64,000 nt of DNA from Candidatus Bathyanammoxibius amoris (lineage in GTDB: Bacteria; Planctomycetota; Brocadiia; Brocadiales; Bathyanammoxibiaceae), in assembly GCA_024451685.1 (NCBI GenBank), contig JAMXCW010000006.1, forward strand, positions 5,218 through 69,217. Direction: 5' to 3'. The notes beneath the pieces were generated by a model that was not told the origin of the DNA, ran no database searches, and saw nothing but the letters and a program-made list of their open reading frames with translations. Positions 1-8,936 of this stretch are shown piece after piece (the stretch's first letter is position 1; every line of letters starts with the position of its first letter). Position numbers and translations under genes: made by a program.

Positions 1-765
1 TATATAACTATGCTATCCCGGGCATTAGAATTTATCGGCGTGGACACACCCTTGCACCAGATACGCCACCGGTTCAATGAGTATACAGACGCACGCAAGA
101 AAGAGGGAATCTCAGACCACACCATGAACGTAACGCTAGGCCTCCTCAAACGGATGCTGGCCTATGGGGTACAAACTAACCTCATACCCTTTAACCCTAT
201 GGCCGATGTCCCAAAGCTTAAGGAACGGAAACGATTGCGGCGTGCTCTGAGGCCCGAGGAGATAAAGGCCCTGCTCAAACACTCCGGGAAATGGCGCCAG
301 ATATGGCTGACATTCATACTAACTGGCCTCCGTCGCTCAGAACTGGTCAGACTACGGGTCAAACATATAGATAGGAAAGCGTGCACGCTTATTGTAGCCG
401 AGTCAAAGACTGACGCTGGTGTCAGGGCCGTTCACCTGCACCGGACGCTGCAGAAGGCCTTGTGGCCGCTCCTGAAGAATAAGCGGCCAGAGGACTATGT
501 CTTTACCACTCCCCACGGCACACCCCTCAAGAATAATCTGCTGCGGGCCTTTCGGGTATGCCTCAAACGTGCGGAAATTGACCAGGAAGGCGTGGACCTG
601 CACAGCCTGAGAAAGACCTTTGCCTCTTTACTGGCAAGCGCAGACGCTCATCAAAAGAAAGCCGCCGTGCTTATGGGGCATCGGCGCACAAGCACAACGA
701 CTGATATATACACTGACACTTATCCGGAGGATTTAAGAGAGGCGGTAGAGAAGATACAGCTTTAA
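1..765 (+). CDS. Tyrosine recombinase / phage-type integrase; the 5' end lies outside the window
   Basis: The frame is open to position 1. The catalytic signature appears in order: LTGLRRSEL (Arg), HSLRKTFAS (His-x-x-Arg), LMGHRRTSTTTDIYTD (His ... Tyr nucleophile). Confidence 0.85.
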   Translation, partial: YITMLSRALEFIGVDTPLHQIRHRFNEYTDARKKEGISDHTMNVTLGLLKRMLAYGVQTNLIPFNPMADVPKLKERKRLRRALRPEEIKALLKHSGKWRQIWLTFILTGLRRSELVRLRVKHIDRKACTLIVAESKTDAGVRAVHLHRTLQKALWPLLKNKRPEDYVFTTPHGTPLKNNLLRAFRVCLKRAEIDQEGVDLHSLRKTFASLLASADAHQKKAAVLMGHRRTSTTTDIYTDTYPEDLREAVEKIQL

Positions 766-836
766 AAACACTGGTGTTGGTTACAGAATAGCCGCAGCGT
801 TATCGTAAGTCTTTATATGTTCTTATCCGTCGCCGA

Positions 837-881
837 ATGGCATTCAAGAGGTCGAGGGTTCGACTCCCTTATCCTCCACCA
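837..881 (+). mobile_element. 45-nt 3' fragment of a tRNA-Ala(GGC) gene (anticodon loop to CCA); putative att junction of the integrase-borne element
   Basis: ATGGCAT / TCAAG / AGGTC / GAGGG-TTCGACT-CCCTT / ATCCTCC-A-CCA reads as anticodon loop (GGC), 3' anticodon stem, variable loop, T arm, 3' acceptor strand and CCA. No complementary 5' anticodon-stem or 5' acceptor strand lies at tRNA distance upstream. Confidence 0.6.
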
Positions 882-912
882 TATTCTGCAAGGACCTACG
901 ATAACCGCTGCA

Positions 913-952
913 GGACTAACTTAAATACTGGTACAACCAGTGGGGGGCGGGT
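913..952 (+). promoter_or_regulatory. Bipartite conserved motif, copy 1: GGACTAACTTAAATA-N11-AGTGGGGGGCGGGT, 55 nt upstream of the amidohydrolase ATG
   Basis: A near-identical two-box motif with the same 11-nt spacer recurs at 2963-3001, upstream of the next gene. Confidence 0.35.
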
Positions 953-1007
953 TAACAAAAAAGAGGACTTAGTCCGAACCCGCATCTCTGCTAATGGGGG
1001 AATACAG

Positions 1008-2747
1008 ATGAAAGTATACTTCTCATCCAAAATATGGCAATTCCTACTGGTCATGTTCTGCACTCTGTTGTGTACTATGTTATACGCCGTGGTCAGTAAT
1101 AGCCCGGCTGATGCACACCAGGCGGCCGACACGATTTTTGTGGGTGGTGACATTATCACCGTCAACGAGGACAACCCGGAGGCAGAGGCCCTGGCGGTAC
1201 TGAACGGCAGAATCGTCGCGGTCGGCAGTAGAGACGACGTGTTCAATTGGTTAGGTAAGGAGACTGAGGTTGTCGACCTTGGGAAGAAGACCCTTATGCC
1301 CGGCTTTTATGCGATCCATACCCACCCTGCCGTGACGGCCGTACTCGACCAGTGGCTTCACATAAACGGATACACGGTCTCCAGCGCTGAAGAGGTCAGA
1401 CAAATCATAAGTGACGGCGTTGCAAAGGCAAAACCCGGCGAATGGGTTGCCGCCTGGGGATGGGACCCCGTTCTCACTACCGGTCTCAGGGCTCCAAGCC
1501 TGAAAGAGCTGGACGAAATGGCGCCGAACAATCCTTTAGTAATCCTCGCACAGAACCTGCACAACGCATACGTAAACAGTACCGCACTTGAGATTGCCGG
1601 TATTACAGAGAAATCTCCCAACCCGCCGGGTGGTCAGTTTGTACGGGACAAAGACGGCAACCTGACAGGTGAACTCAAGGAAGAGTCTGCTATCGTACGG
1701 TTAATGGAGAAAATGCCGCCGTTATCGCACGCACAAAACGTTAAAATGCTCAAGGGGGAATTCCAGAAATACGCCCGCAAAGGTTTCACTACGGTCGTAG
1801 ACCTTGGGTTGCTGCCGGTGATGCCGGACCTTGCACGCCTTACCCAAGAGGTGTTAGCCTGTAAGGACACTCCGGTACGAATCGTTGCCTACGCAACCGG
1901 CCGTCCTGACGGTACCATCAACTTTTCGCACAGGTCTGGCAGCGAGCGCTTTAAGGTAAACGGTGCAAAGTTCTGGGCAGACGGCTCACCGTATTCCGGC
2001 GGCATGGCGGTAAAAGAACCCTACCTGAACACAGAACTCACCATCGATGGTCTGGGTTACAAGAAAAACGAAATGGGTAAACTGAATTGGTCCACTGAGA
2101 CTCTACATGATGCCGTGGAGCGCTATCATCGCGACGGATGGCAGGTCGCCATCCACACCCAGGGAGGACGTGCGATTGACCAGGCGCTGGATGTTTACGA
2201 GTCCGTGCTACTTAAATATCCACGAACGGACCATCGCCACCGGCTGGAGCACAACATGCTGATAACACCCGCACAGCTAAAACGTGCCACAGACCTCGGT
2301 GTCACATCCACCTACCTCATGGAGCATGTATATTTCTGGGGTAAACAATTACGCGATGACATACTTGGTCCGGAACGTGCCAGTAGGATTATGCCTATGG
2401 TTGATGCCTTTCAATACAGCCCGCATCCGTCGCTGCACGGCGATTCTCCAGTGACACCTCTGGAACCTTTACATGTGATGCAGACTGCGGTGACGCGCGT
2501 GATGCGCGACGGAGGAGAGGTGCTGGGGCCGGAACAGCGCATTGACATCGACAAGGCCATAACGGCTACAACCATACACTCCGCGTGGCAGGTGTTTGAG
2601 GAAGAAAGCAGGGGCAGTCTGGAAGTGGGCAAGGTGGCAGATATGGTCGTGCTCTCCGACAACCCGCGCAAGGTTCCCCCGGAACAACTCGGCCGGATTG
2701 AGGTACTGGAGACATACCTTAGCGGTCACAGGTTTGTGTGGGAGTAA
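1008..2747 (+). CDS. Secreted or membrane-anchored metal-dependent amidohydrolase (Amidohydro_3-like)
   Basis: YAIHTHP (HxH metal motif), a later HRLEHN motif and about 580 aa fit the family. The start is placed at ATG 1008 (GGGGGA Shine-Dalgarno, hydrophobic N-terminus MKVYFSSKIWQFLLVMF...) because the longer ORF from 837 would run across the tRNA fragment. Confidence 0.75.
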   Translation: MKVYFSSKIWQFLLVMFCTLLCTMLYAVVSNSPADAHQAADTIFVGGDIITVNEDNPEAEALAVLNGRIVAVGSRDDVFNWLGKETEVVDLGKKTLMPGFYAIHTHPAVTAVLDQWLHINGYTVSSAEEVRQIISDGVAKAKPGEWVAAWGWDPVLTTGLRAPSLKELDEMAPNNPLVILAQNLHNAYVNSTALEIAGITEKSPNPPGGQFVRDKDGNLTGELKEESAIVRLMEKMPPLSHAQNVKMLKGEFQKYARKGFTTVVDLGLLPVMPDLARLTQEVLACKDTPVRIVAYATGRPDGTINFSHRSGSERFKVNGAKFWADGSPYSGGMAVKEPYLNTELTIDGLGYKKNEMGKLNWSTETLHDAVERYHRDGWQVAIHTQGGRAIDQALDVYESVLLKYPRTDHRHRLEHNMLITPAQLKRATDLGVTSTYLMEHVYFWGKQLRDDILGPERASRIMPMVDAFQYSPHPSLHGDSPVTPLEPLHVMQTAVTRVMRDGGEVLGPEQRIDIDKAITATTIHSAWQVFEEESRGSLEVGKVADMVVLSDNPRKVPPEQLGRIEVLETYLSGHRFVWE

Positions 2748-2962
2748 AACATTTCTGGAAGCCCGCAGACGCAGGCTGGCAGGGTTAAAGGGCAAGCGGT
2801 CACTACCCCTTTTTTGTGGGGTTTTGTAGGGAGGGGATTCCTTTAAATTCCGTGTCTCTTGGCCGGGGTATCAAATGCTGTGGTCTTCTTTCATTGACCT
2901 ATTTCCCCTCAGAGGGATAATATCCGTATATGCCCGAACGGAACTGCACGGCAGGCACATCG

Positions 2963-3001
2963 GGACTAACTTAAATAATAATACTATTAGTGGGGGCGGG
3001 T
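2963..3001 (+). promoter_or_regulatory. Bipartite conserved motif, copy 2: GGACTAACTTAAATA-N11-AGTGGGGGCGGGT, 58 nt upstream of the Ntn-hydrolase ATG
   Basis: Box A is identical over 15 nt to 913-927. Box B differs only by one G in the G-run. The spacer is 11 nt in both copies. Confidence 0.35.
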
Positions 3002-3059
3002 CACTGGTGAGGCCGGACGGAAACCGGCTCTCGCCTCCAAACCTGAGAGGAGAACTGCC

Positions 3060-4289
3060 ATGAGACGTCCTACGCGCACAACGACCACCACGACCGCCAA
3101 GCCCAGGCCCGCGCCGGCACCGGCAGAAATGTCTGACACAGGATCGGCTCGAGTAAAAACTGAAGGCACGGCCGGGGTGTGGCCAAGAAGGAACCTCCTT
3201 CTCGCGGTAATCATCACTGGCGTCTTAGGTGTCTTCGGGTCAATGCGAGACCTGCAGGGATGCACCGGAATCATGCTGACGAACATGGACTCCAGTATCG
3301 TGCACGGACGCACGCTCGAGTTCGGAATGGAGATCAAGTCCAACATTGCCGTGATACCGCGCGGCTATCGATTTGTCGGTAAGACGCCGAGAGGTGACGG
3401 CATCACATACGAGGCTAAGTATGCAGTCGTCGGGTTGAGGACTTTCAAAGACCAGGGAGTTCAGGACGGTCTCAACGAGGCCGGGCTGGCTGCCGGGGCG
3501 TTTTATTTCGCGACGTTTACCCAGTACACTGAGGTCACGCCAGAGAACCAGGCAAAGGCGATGTCGGCAACCGACTTCCCTAATTGGATTCTGACCCAGT
3601 TCGCGACCGTTGGTGAGGTTCGAGCGGCGATAGAGGCGGGCGCGGCGGTCGTCGGGCCGACGGTTGTCCCGGGCTGGGGTCCCGAGGCCCCGCCGTTGCA
3701 CTACATCGTGTATGACAAGACCGGCGCATCGCTTGTCATCGAGCCTGTGGGTGGGACGCTTGTCGTGCACGACAATCCGATCGGCGTATTAACCAACTCG
3801 CCGCCCTTCGAATGGCATCTGATTAACCTGCGCAACTACATCTCGCTCAGTACGCGCGATGTGCCACTGGTCAAGATCGATAGTCTCACGCTGCAGGTAT
3901 TGGGGCAAGGCAGCGGAATGCTGGGACTGCCGGGCGACTTCACGCCAGTGTCGCGATTCGTTCGGGCCACCGTCTTCAGCACAACAGCGATTCCTTCACA
4001 GGACGCCGAGGAAGGCGTCAAGCAAGTGTTCCATATTCTCAATCAGTTCGACATCCCGATTGGCGTGGCCCGCGTCGTGGAGAAGGATGGTACGGTCCTC
4101 AGCGATTACACGCAGGCAACCATGGTGCGTGACCCGCAGGCGCTTCGTTACTACTACCGCACTTACGACGATCAGACGATCAGGATGGTTGACCTAAAGA
4201 AGTTCGATCTGAATGCCAAGGAGTTGAAGCAAATATCGACGCTTCAAGGAACTACTCCGATAATAGATATGTCCTCATCGACCTGGTAA
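3060..4289 (+). CDS. Choloylglycine hydrolase / penicillin V acylase family (linear amide C-N hydrolase, Ntn-hydrolase)
   Basis: A hydrophobic leader is followed by LQG-CTGIMLTNMDSSIVHGRTLEF, with Cys as the N-terminal nucleophile after processing. A GAGGAG Shine-Dalgarno lies 8 nt before the ATG. Confidence 0.75.
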   Translation: MRRPTRTTTTTTAKPRPAPAPAEMSDTGSARVKTEGTAGVWPRRNLLLAVIITGVLGVFGSMRDLQGCTGIMLTNMDSSIVHGRTLEFGMEIKSNIAVIPRGYRFVGKTPRGDGITYEAKYAVVGLRTFKDQGVQDGLNEAGLAAGAFYFATFTQYTEVTPENQAKAMSATDFPNWILTQFATVGEVRAAIEAGAAVVGPTVVPGWGPEAPPLHYIVYDKTGASLVIEPVGGTLVVHDNPIGVLTNSPPFEWHLINLRNYISLSTRDVPLVKIDSLTLQVLGQGSGMLGLPGDFTPVSRFVRATVFSTTAIPSQDAEEGVKQVFHILNQFDIPIGVARVVEKDGTVLSDYTQATMVRDPQALRYYYRTYDDQTIRMVDLKKFDLNAKELKQISTLQGTTPIIDMSSSTW

Positions 4290-4594
4290 GCCGGTCCGCC
4301 TGCAGATGCAGAATGTGACCTGCCCCCCTTTAAACCGGTCCAGTTTTGATGTTGGTGTTTAGGACGAATTGGACTGTGGGAAGAGGGTGACGATAATGCC
4401 TAAATCCGGGGCACTGCAACACTGCTTCTATACATAAAGACCCCTACCCCCCCCTCTGGGAGGCCTATCTCTGTCTAGTTGTAAAGTACATAAATGAACT
4501 GTATAATTCGTTGACAACCCACGCAAAATGCTTTAAATGGCGGGAGAATATTAAACTTCACGATAGTGGAGGTAAGAAAACGAAACGTAAGATT

Positions 4595-4885
4595 ATGTTT
4601 ATTTGCCTGTTTGTCCTTGCCTTAGCGTTGCCAGGCTGTAAAGCTTCGGAGACCGCGAAGGATGCGGGTATGGGCGCCAGAAAGGATCAGGCTGCGGGCA
4701 GCGTGGCTGGAGCAGTCAAAGGGGCAACTATCGGTGAACATTATGGCGGCCTCGTGGGCGCGAGTATAGGCGCAACCATAGGCAGTACCGTTGGTGGTAT
4801 AAACGGCGTGGTGACCGGACAGGAGCAAAGAATGGAAGAAAAAGAAAAAGAAGAAAAGGAAAAGGAGAAAGAGGAAAAACATTAA
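4595..4885 (+). CDS. Small lipoprotein with a glycine-zipper region and an EK-repeat tail
   Basis: Lipobox LALALPGC; Gly-zipper GGLVGASIGATIGSTVGGINGVVTG; C-terminus EKEKEEKEKEKEEKH. The start is taken at ATG 4595 rather than the upstream TTG of the ORF track. Confidence 0.55.
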   Translation: MFICLFVLALALPGCKASETAKDAGMGARKDQAAGSVAGAVKGATIGEHYGGLVGASIGATIGSTVGGINGVVTGQEQRMEEKEKEEKEKEKEEKH

Positions 4886-4930
4886 CGGGGGTTGAAAAGG
4901 AACTGTATTTTCATTTAAGGAAACAAGAAC

Positions 4931-5725
4931 ATGTTGATTACAAAGGCCGTTTGGATTGCATTAACCGTCCTTGCCTGCACCGTATATTCCCCTGTTGTTG
5001 TTTTTGCGGATTGGCAAAGTACTGTTCAGCAAGGAGATGAATTGTACGCAAAGAGGTCCGAAAAGGACGGCAGGGCAAAACTTGAGGCGGCCATAAAGAA
5101 ATACGAGGCAGCCGTAAAGGAGATTCCGGAGAATGACAAAAAGGCGCGTGCGAGGGTATACGTCGACATTTCCCGCGCCTACTTCAAGATTACGAAGTAT
5201 CTTTCGACATCTGATGACGACCGGTCGAACCAATCCAACAAAGGTCAGGACTGGGCCCAAAAGGCAATTGACGCAGACCCGGAAAGCGCTGAGGCGCATT
5301 TTTACATGGCCGCAAACCTGGGGTTGTGGAGGCTCATACACAAGGCCTCTTTCAGGGGTGGCCTGACGGGTGGAGGCATAAAGAAACAGTTCAAGAAGGC
5401 GGCGGACCTTGACCCGAAAGGACTTCAGGGATCGCCCGACAGGGGTGTTGCGGAGTATCTACTGGCCAGGGGCAATTCAGAAAAGGCGCAAGGTTATGCC
5501 GAGAAAGCCGTTAAGATAGGACCGAAGATGTTGGAAAACAAGCTCATCCTGGCACAGGCCCTCTGGGTAAACAACGACAAACCGGGTTCCAAAAAGCTTC
5601 TGAATGAAATAGCCGCCGACAGCGACGACATCCTGCCGTCAGACGTCCTTGAAAACAGATACGCTATCATGAAGACAAAGAGGATCCTGGGGAATATAGC
5701 GAATAACAATGAGCCGGACTGGTAG
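4931..5725 (+). CDS. Secreted TPR-like repeat protein, function unknown
   Basis: N-terminal signal-like segment, helical repeat composition (AEAHFYMAANLG..., KAQGYAEKAVKIGP...), no catalytic motif. Confidence 0.5.
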   Translation: MLITKAVWIALTVLACTVYSPVVVFADWQSTVQQGDELYAKRSEKDGRAKLEAAIKKYEAAVKEIPENDKKARARVYVDISRAYFKITKYLSTSDDDRSNQSNKGQDWAQKAIDADPESAEAHFYMAANLGLWRLIHKASFRGGLTGGGIKKQFKKAADLDPKGLQGSPDRGVAEYLLARGNSEKAQGYAEKAVKIGPKMLENKLILAQALWVNNDKPGSKKLLNEIAADSDDILPSDVLENRYAIMKTKRILGNIANNNEPDW

Positions 5726-6046
5726 TCTTCCACAGGCTAACTGCTGCACATTAACCTGGCTGTGCCCTTCGCCGACGCGGAAAAAGAAGACGCGCAGACA
5801 CACTATCCCTCTTGGGGTAGTGCCTCTTACTGTCAAGTAAACACACCAAAACACCCTTAAATAGACAAAAGGTTCCTGTACCCGGCAAGTACGACATAGA
5901 ATAAACCACTTGAACATGGATAGAATAAATGTTAGTTAGCTTTAAGGCAATTCTTAATCCGTTGGCCATAAAAGCCAAAGAGGTTATAAGGAGGCCCGTC
6001 CGAGGAAAAATGTGAACATCAATTTAACTTTTTACGGGAGAGGGCT

Positions 6047-6412
6047 ATGAATCTGACAAGATACGTCCACATAGTATGCGCGATTCTCCTAGTAGTCTCC
6101 GCTACCATCAGCTACGGAGAAGAAACGAAGGAAAAAGGCCAACCGAATAAAATAACGGCAAATGAGGTCAGCGTCGAAGAATTGAAGATGTTTGCCAGGG
6201 CCTTTGTAAGCGTCCAGGCAGTCCTTGAGGGTGAGGAGGCCATGGAAGAGAGTGGCGGGGCAGTCTATGAAAAAACAACCTCCATTGTCAAGCAGGAGGG
6301 TTTAACCATCAAACGATACAACCAATTATCTGAACTCATGAATGAAGACCCTGATTTTAAGAAGGCTGTAGAGAAGATGATAAAAACAATAAAAGAGGAG
6401 GAGAAAGAGTAA
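6047..6412 (+). CDS. Small secreted hypothetical protein
   Basis: Shine-Dalgarno GGGAGAGGG, signal peptide MNLTRYVHIVCAILLVVSATISYG, charged helical remainder. Confidence 0.45.
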   Translation: MNLTRYVHIVCAILLVVSATISYGEETKEKGQPNKITANEVSVEELKMFARAFVSVQAVLEGEEAMEESGGAVYEKTTSIVKQEGLTIKRYNQLSELMNEDPDFKKAVEKMIKTIKEEEKE

Positions 6413-6558
6413 AAACAACACAGAGAACCAGACAGAAGCTTGTTGTCCAGAAAGGCATTTTTTGGGCGGAAAAACACCTCTCGTAAGTCGTGCAATAGCA
6501 AGACCGGAAATGCTGATTTTTCAGAGCCTTTTTTGGACGGCCTCCGTTTTACACTGCC

Positions 6559-7098
6559 TTATTTTTCAGTATCTAAGACGTTTCTGAGAGACTTACGGCG
6601 TAGCTCGAGAACGGTGACATCAAAATCCGCCACAAGTTTTTCACACGTCTTGCGGAGGTCTTCGTGCGGTGTGTAAACAACCTTATGCAAGAGTATCTCT
6701 GTCTGGTCTTTACATCTATCTTTTAATATGTCCCAATCTATACGGCATTCCGGGAACCTTACTTCAAGCATGTTTACAAAGGCGTCCAGCGCCAGGGACT
6801 CCGTTATAACACATGAGATCCCGACTCCAATTTTTGTGCCTCTGTCTGATTTCAGTTCTGTAGCGACGATGCGAAAATTATATTGCGGGTTATTATCTGT
6901 AATTACAACGTCATGCAACGAACGCAATTCTCTCTTTATATAGCTTGAAATACTACCTGCTATTTGTTGGTTTGCTGTAACGATAACTTGAACCCTGCAG
7001 GAAACCTTTGGCGTATCACTCTGGGCCAGGACCCTTTCCCCAATGCCCGGCACGTTGCAAGCCGCAGCTACAATTAGCAGAATTACTAACTTTTTCAT
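6559..7098 (-). CDS. Secreted hypothetical protein
   Basis: AGGAGA Shine-Dalgarno 6 nt before ATG 7098; signal peptide MKKLVILLIVAAACNVPG. No recognisable family. Confidence 0.45.
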   Translation of the reverse strand: MKKLVILLIVAAACNVPGIGERVLAQSDTPKVSCRVQVIVTANQQIAGSISSYIKRELRSLHDVVITDNNPQYNFRIVATELKSDRGTKIGVGISCVITESLALDAFVNMLEVRFPECRIDWDILKDRCKDQTEILLHKVVYTPHEDLRKTCEKLVADFDVTVLELRRKSLRNVLDTEK

Positions 7099-7737
7099 GT
7101 TCTGTCTCCTGACGGTCATCTTCACAATCCCCGTTTATCATCCCCTGCCCCCTTGTATGCCCCCAAAAAACCCTCTTCTGATATTTTAGATTGCGCGGAT
7201 ACATTATACGGATAGCATAACCCAAGTGGACTATAATATATATAAAGCACCTGCGCCATGACAAATAATTCAATTTACCAGCAGTTTTTGCGACAGGCGG
7301 ACTGTGTATCCCGGGTAGTAAACGCCCCCCTTACCCCTTGCCGATTTCCCTTTGCGTGATAAACTTATCATAGAGAATCCCTCCGAAGCCACAAGGCCTA
7401 AGGCCTTACAGTGGCCCGTGTTACGCTGAGGAGGGCCACTCCATGGACAAAAAAGGACATAGAGAAGGCTGCTTTCCCATAACCCCTTTGGCAGCAGGGT
7501 ATTATGTTAGTGCCCTGTGGGGCCTCACTGCATTTCCCGGCAGGACCTCTGTGAAAGGCAGAGGCCCGCCTTGACTCTTTGATGATGTGTGGTAAGCTTC
7601 TGTTAGAGCAAGGAAAAAGCCATAATACTAAAGGATCTGTATCGGCAAGGCGCTGTCTGACAAGCCTTGAACAATCTCTGCGGCGCCTGGGGCAATTTGC
7701 GGTACAGGCGCAGGCTCCTAATTGGGGAGGAAGAACG

Positions 7738-7917
7738 ATGGAAGATCCTGGTCTCGTGCTTGATTATGAAGTGAAGTCTTTAGAAAAATACACCCCCGGA
7801 GAGAGCCCCAAGGGTGCCGTCTACCGTATAACTATCCGGATTGAAGACGAAGATTTCGAGTTTGACGTGTTCCCGGAATATTCTCTCGGTACGGCGGAAG
7901 AAGACCTGCTAAAGTAG
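7738..7917 (+). CDS. Small acidic hypothetical protein (59 aa)
   Basis: GGGGAGG Shine-Dalgarno before ATG 7738. The upstream part of the 112-aa ORF looks non-coding. Confidence 0.3.
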   Translation: MEDPGLVLDYEVKSLEKYTPGESPKGAVYRITIRIEDEDFEFDVFPEYSLGTAEEDLLK

Positions 7918-8183
7918 TTTGACTGGGGCAGCAGGGTGTCTAATTACAGAAGCACGCACTGCATGTCTAAAGCTCTTATTATTTGGGGCCCAGAAAACCC
8001 CTACAGCGGTAGTACAATGCCAAAGGCACCTAAGCCGCTAAATTCCTCTTGGGCCTAGGGAGGATTTTGCGGCTTAAACGAGCCGTATTCAGCGCCCCCG
8101 GAAGACATACCCTCCCGCCTCTACCCGGCCTTTCGCTTCGCATCAAACCGGCCATTATTTGAAAGAGACCTGCCCATCCTGCT

Positions 8184-8936
8184 TTACTCCGGTATGTCCT
8201 GAGATGAAGAGTGCCGTTCCGGCCCCGGCACCGCCCAGATTCCGTATTCATCGCTCAAACTTGGATTCTGACCCTGTTCTGCGAAAAATCCGGCTACGGA
8301 CAAACCGTTCTTAACAAGAATGCGACTGGCAGTTGCCGGGTCGACTAAGTGTCTTAGCGGGAAGAAAATCGTGTTCATTTTATTTTCCAGTATGTCCCAG
8401 TCCGGTTTCTCACGATTCACGAGGAATACTACGCAAGAATAAATGGCGGTAAGGGTCGTACGCAGTGCCGGGTGCAGGACCTCTGGCAGCTGAACAGCAC
8501 ATCGCTTTATAGTATTCCTCACGAGGGCCCTGGGATTGGTATTCATGAAGGTAACAAAAAGATTTCCATCGGGAGCCAGCATCCCGACAAGATTGGAGAT
8601 TATTACCTCTAAATCCTCATTTAGGTAGCTGATACTCGAGCGTATAAATATAAAGTCAAAAGGCCCCCGAATCTCCCAATCTTCAATATCCGCACAAACG
8701 AACTCCACATTAGAGACACTGTTAATCTCGCGGGCAAGTTCTATATTACCTGGAGTGTTGTCTACACCAGTTACTAAAGCGGCTCCCTGCTCTGCCATAA
8801 GCCGGGTATAGGCACCCGTACCACAGCCTATATCCAGAATTCGCTTGCCCTTGAAGCTCAGTCCGGCCGCCTGAAGCTCCTTAATATGCCGTTCAGCTAC
8901 TTCTCTTGGCTCAATAAAAATATGCTCAATTTTCAT
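8184..8936 (-). CDS. Class I SAM-dependent methyltransferase
   Basis: Motif I ILDIGCGTGAYT, with acidic residue and post-I/II motifs (VTGVDNTP, CADIEDW). Confidence 0.7.
   Translation of the reverse strand: MKIEHIFIEPREVAERHIKELQAAGLSFKGKRILDIGCGTGAYTRLMAEQGAALVTGVDNTPGNIELAREINSVSNVEFVCADIEDWEIRGPFDFIFIRSSISYLNEDLEVIISNLVGMLAPDGNLFVTFMNTNPRALVRNTIKRCAVQLPEVLHPALRTTLTAIYSCVVFLVNREKPDWDILENKMNTIFFPLRHLVDPATASRILVKNGLSVAGFFAEQGQNPSLSDEYGIWAVPGPERHSSSQDIPE

Noticed and set aside
726-760. GGAGGAT, complementary to the 3' acceptor strand ATCCTCC, followed by GGTAGAG (D-loop-like), about 140 nt upstream of the tRNA fragment. This raised the idea of a split or intron-containing tRNA-Ala.
   Set aside because: It lies inside the integrase coding frame (..PEDLREAVEK..). 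No D-stem can be paired (AAGA versus GAAG). The spacing is far beyond any tRNA or known bacterial tRNA intron. I treat it as coincidence.
837-1007. N-terminal 57 codons of the 636-aa ORF 837-2747.
   Set aside because: This part overlaps the tRNA fragment and the conserved upstream motif and has an implausible composition. ATG 1008 has a Shine-Dalgarno and starts a signal-like hydrophobic segment.
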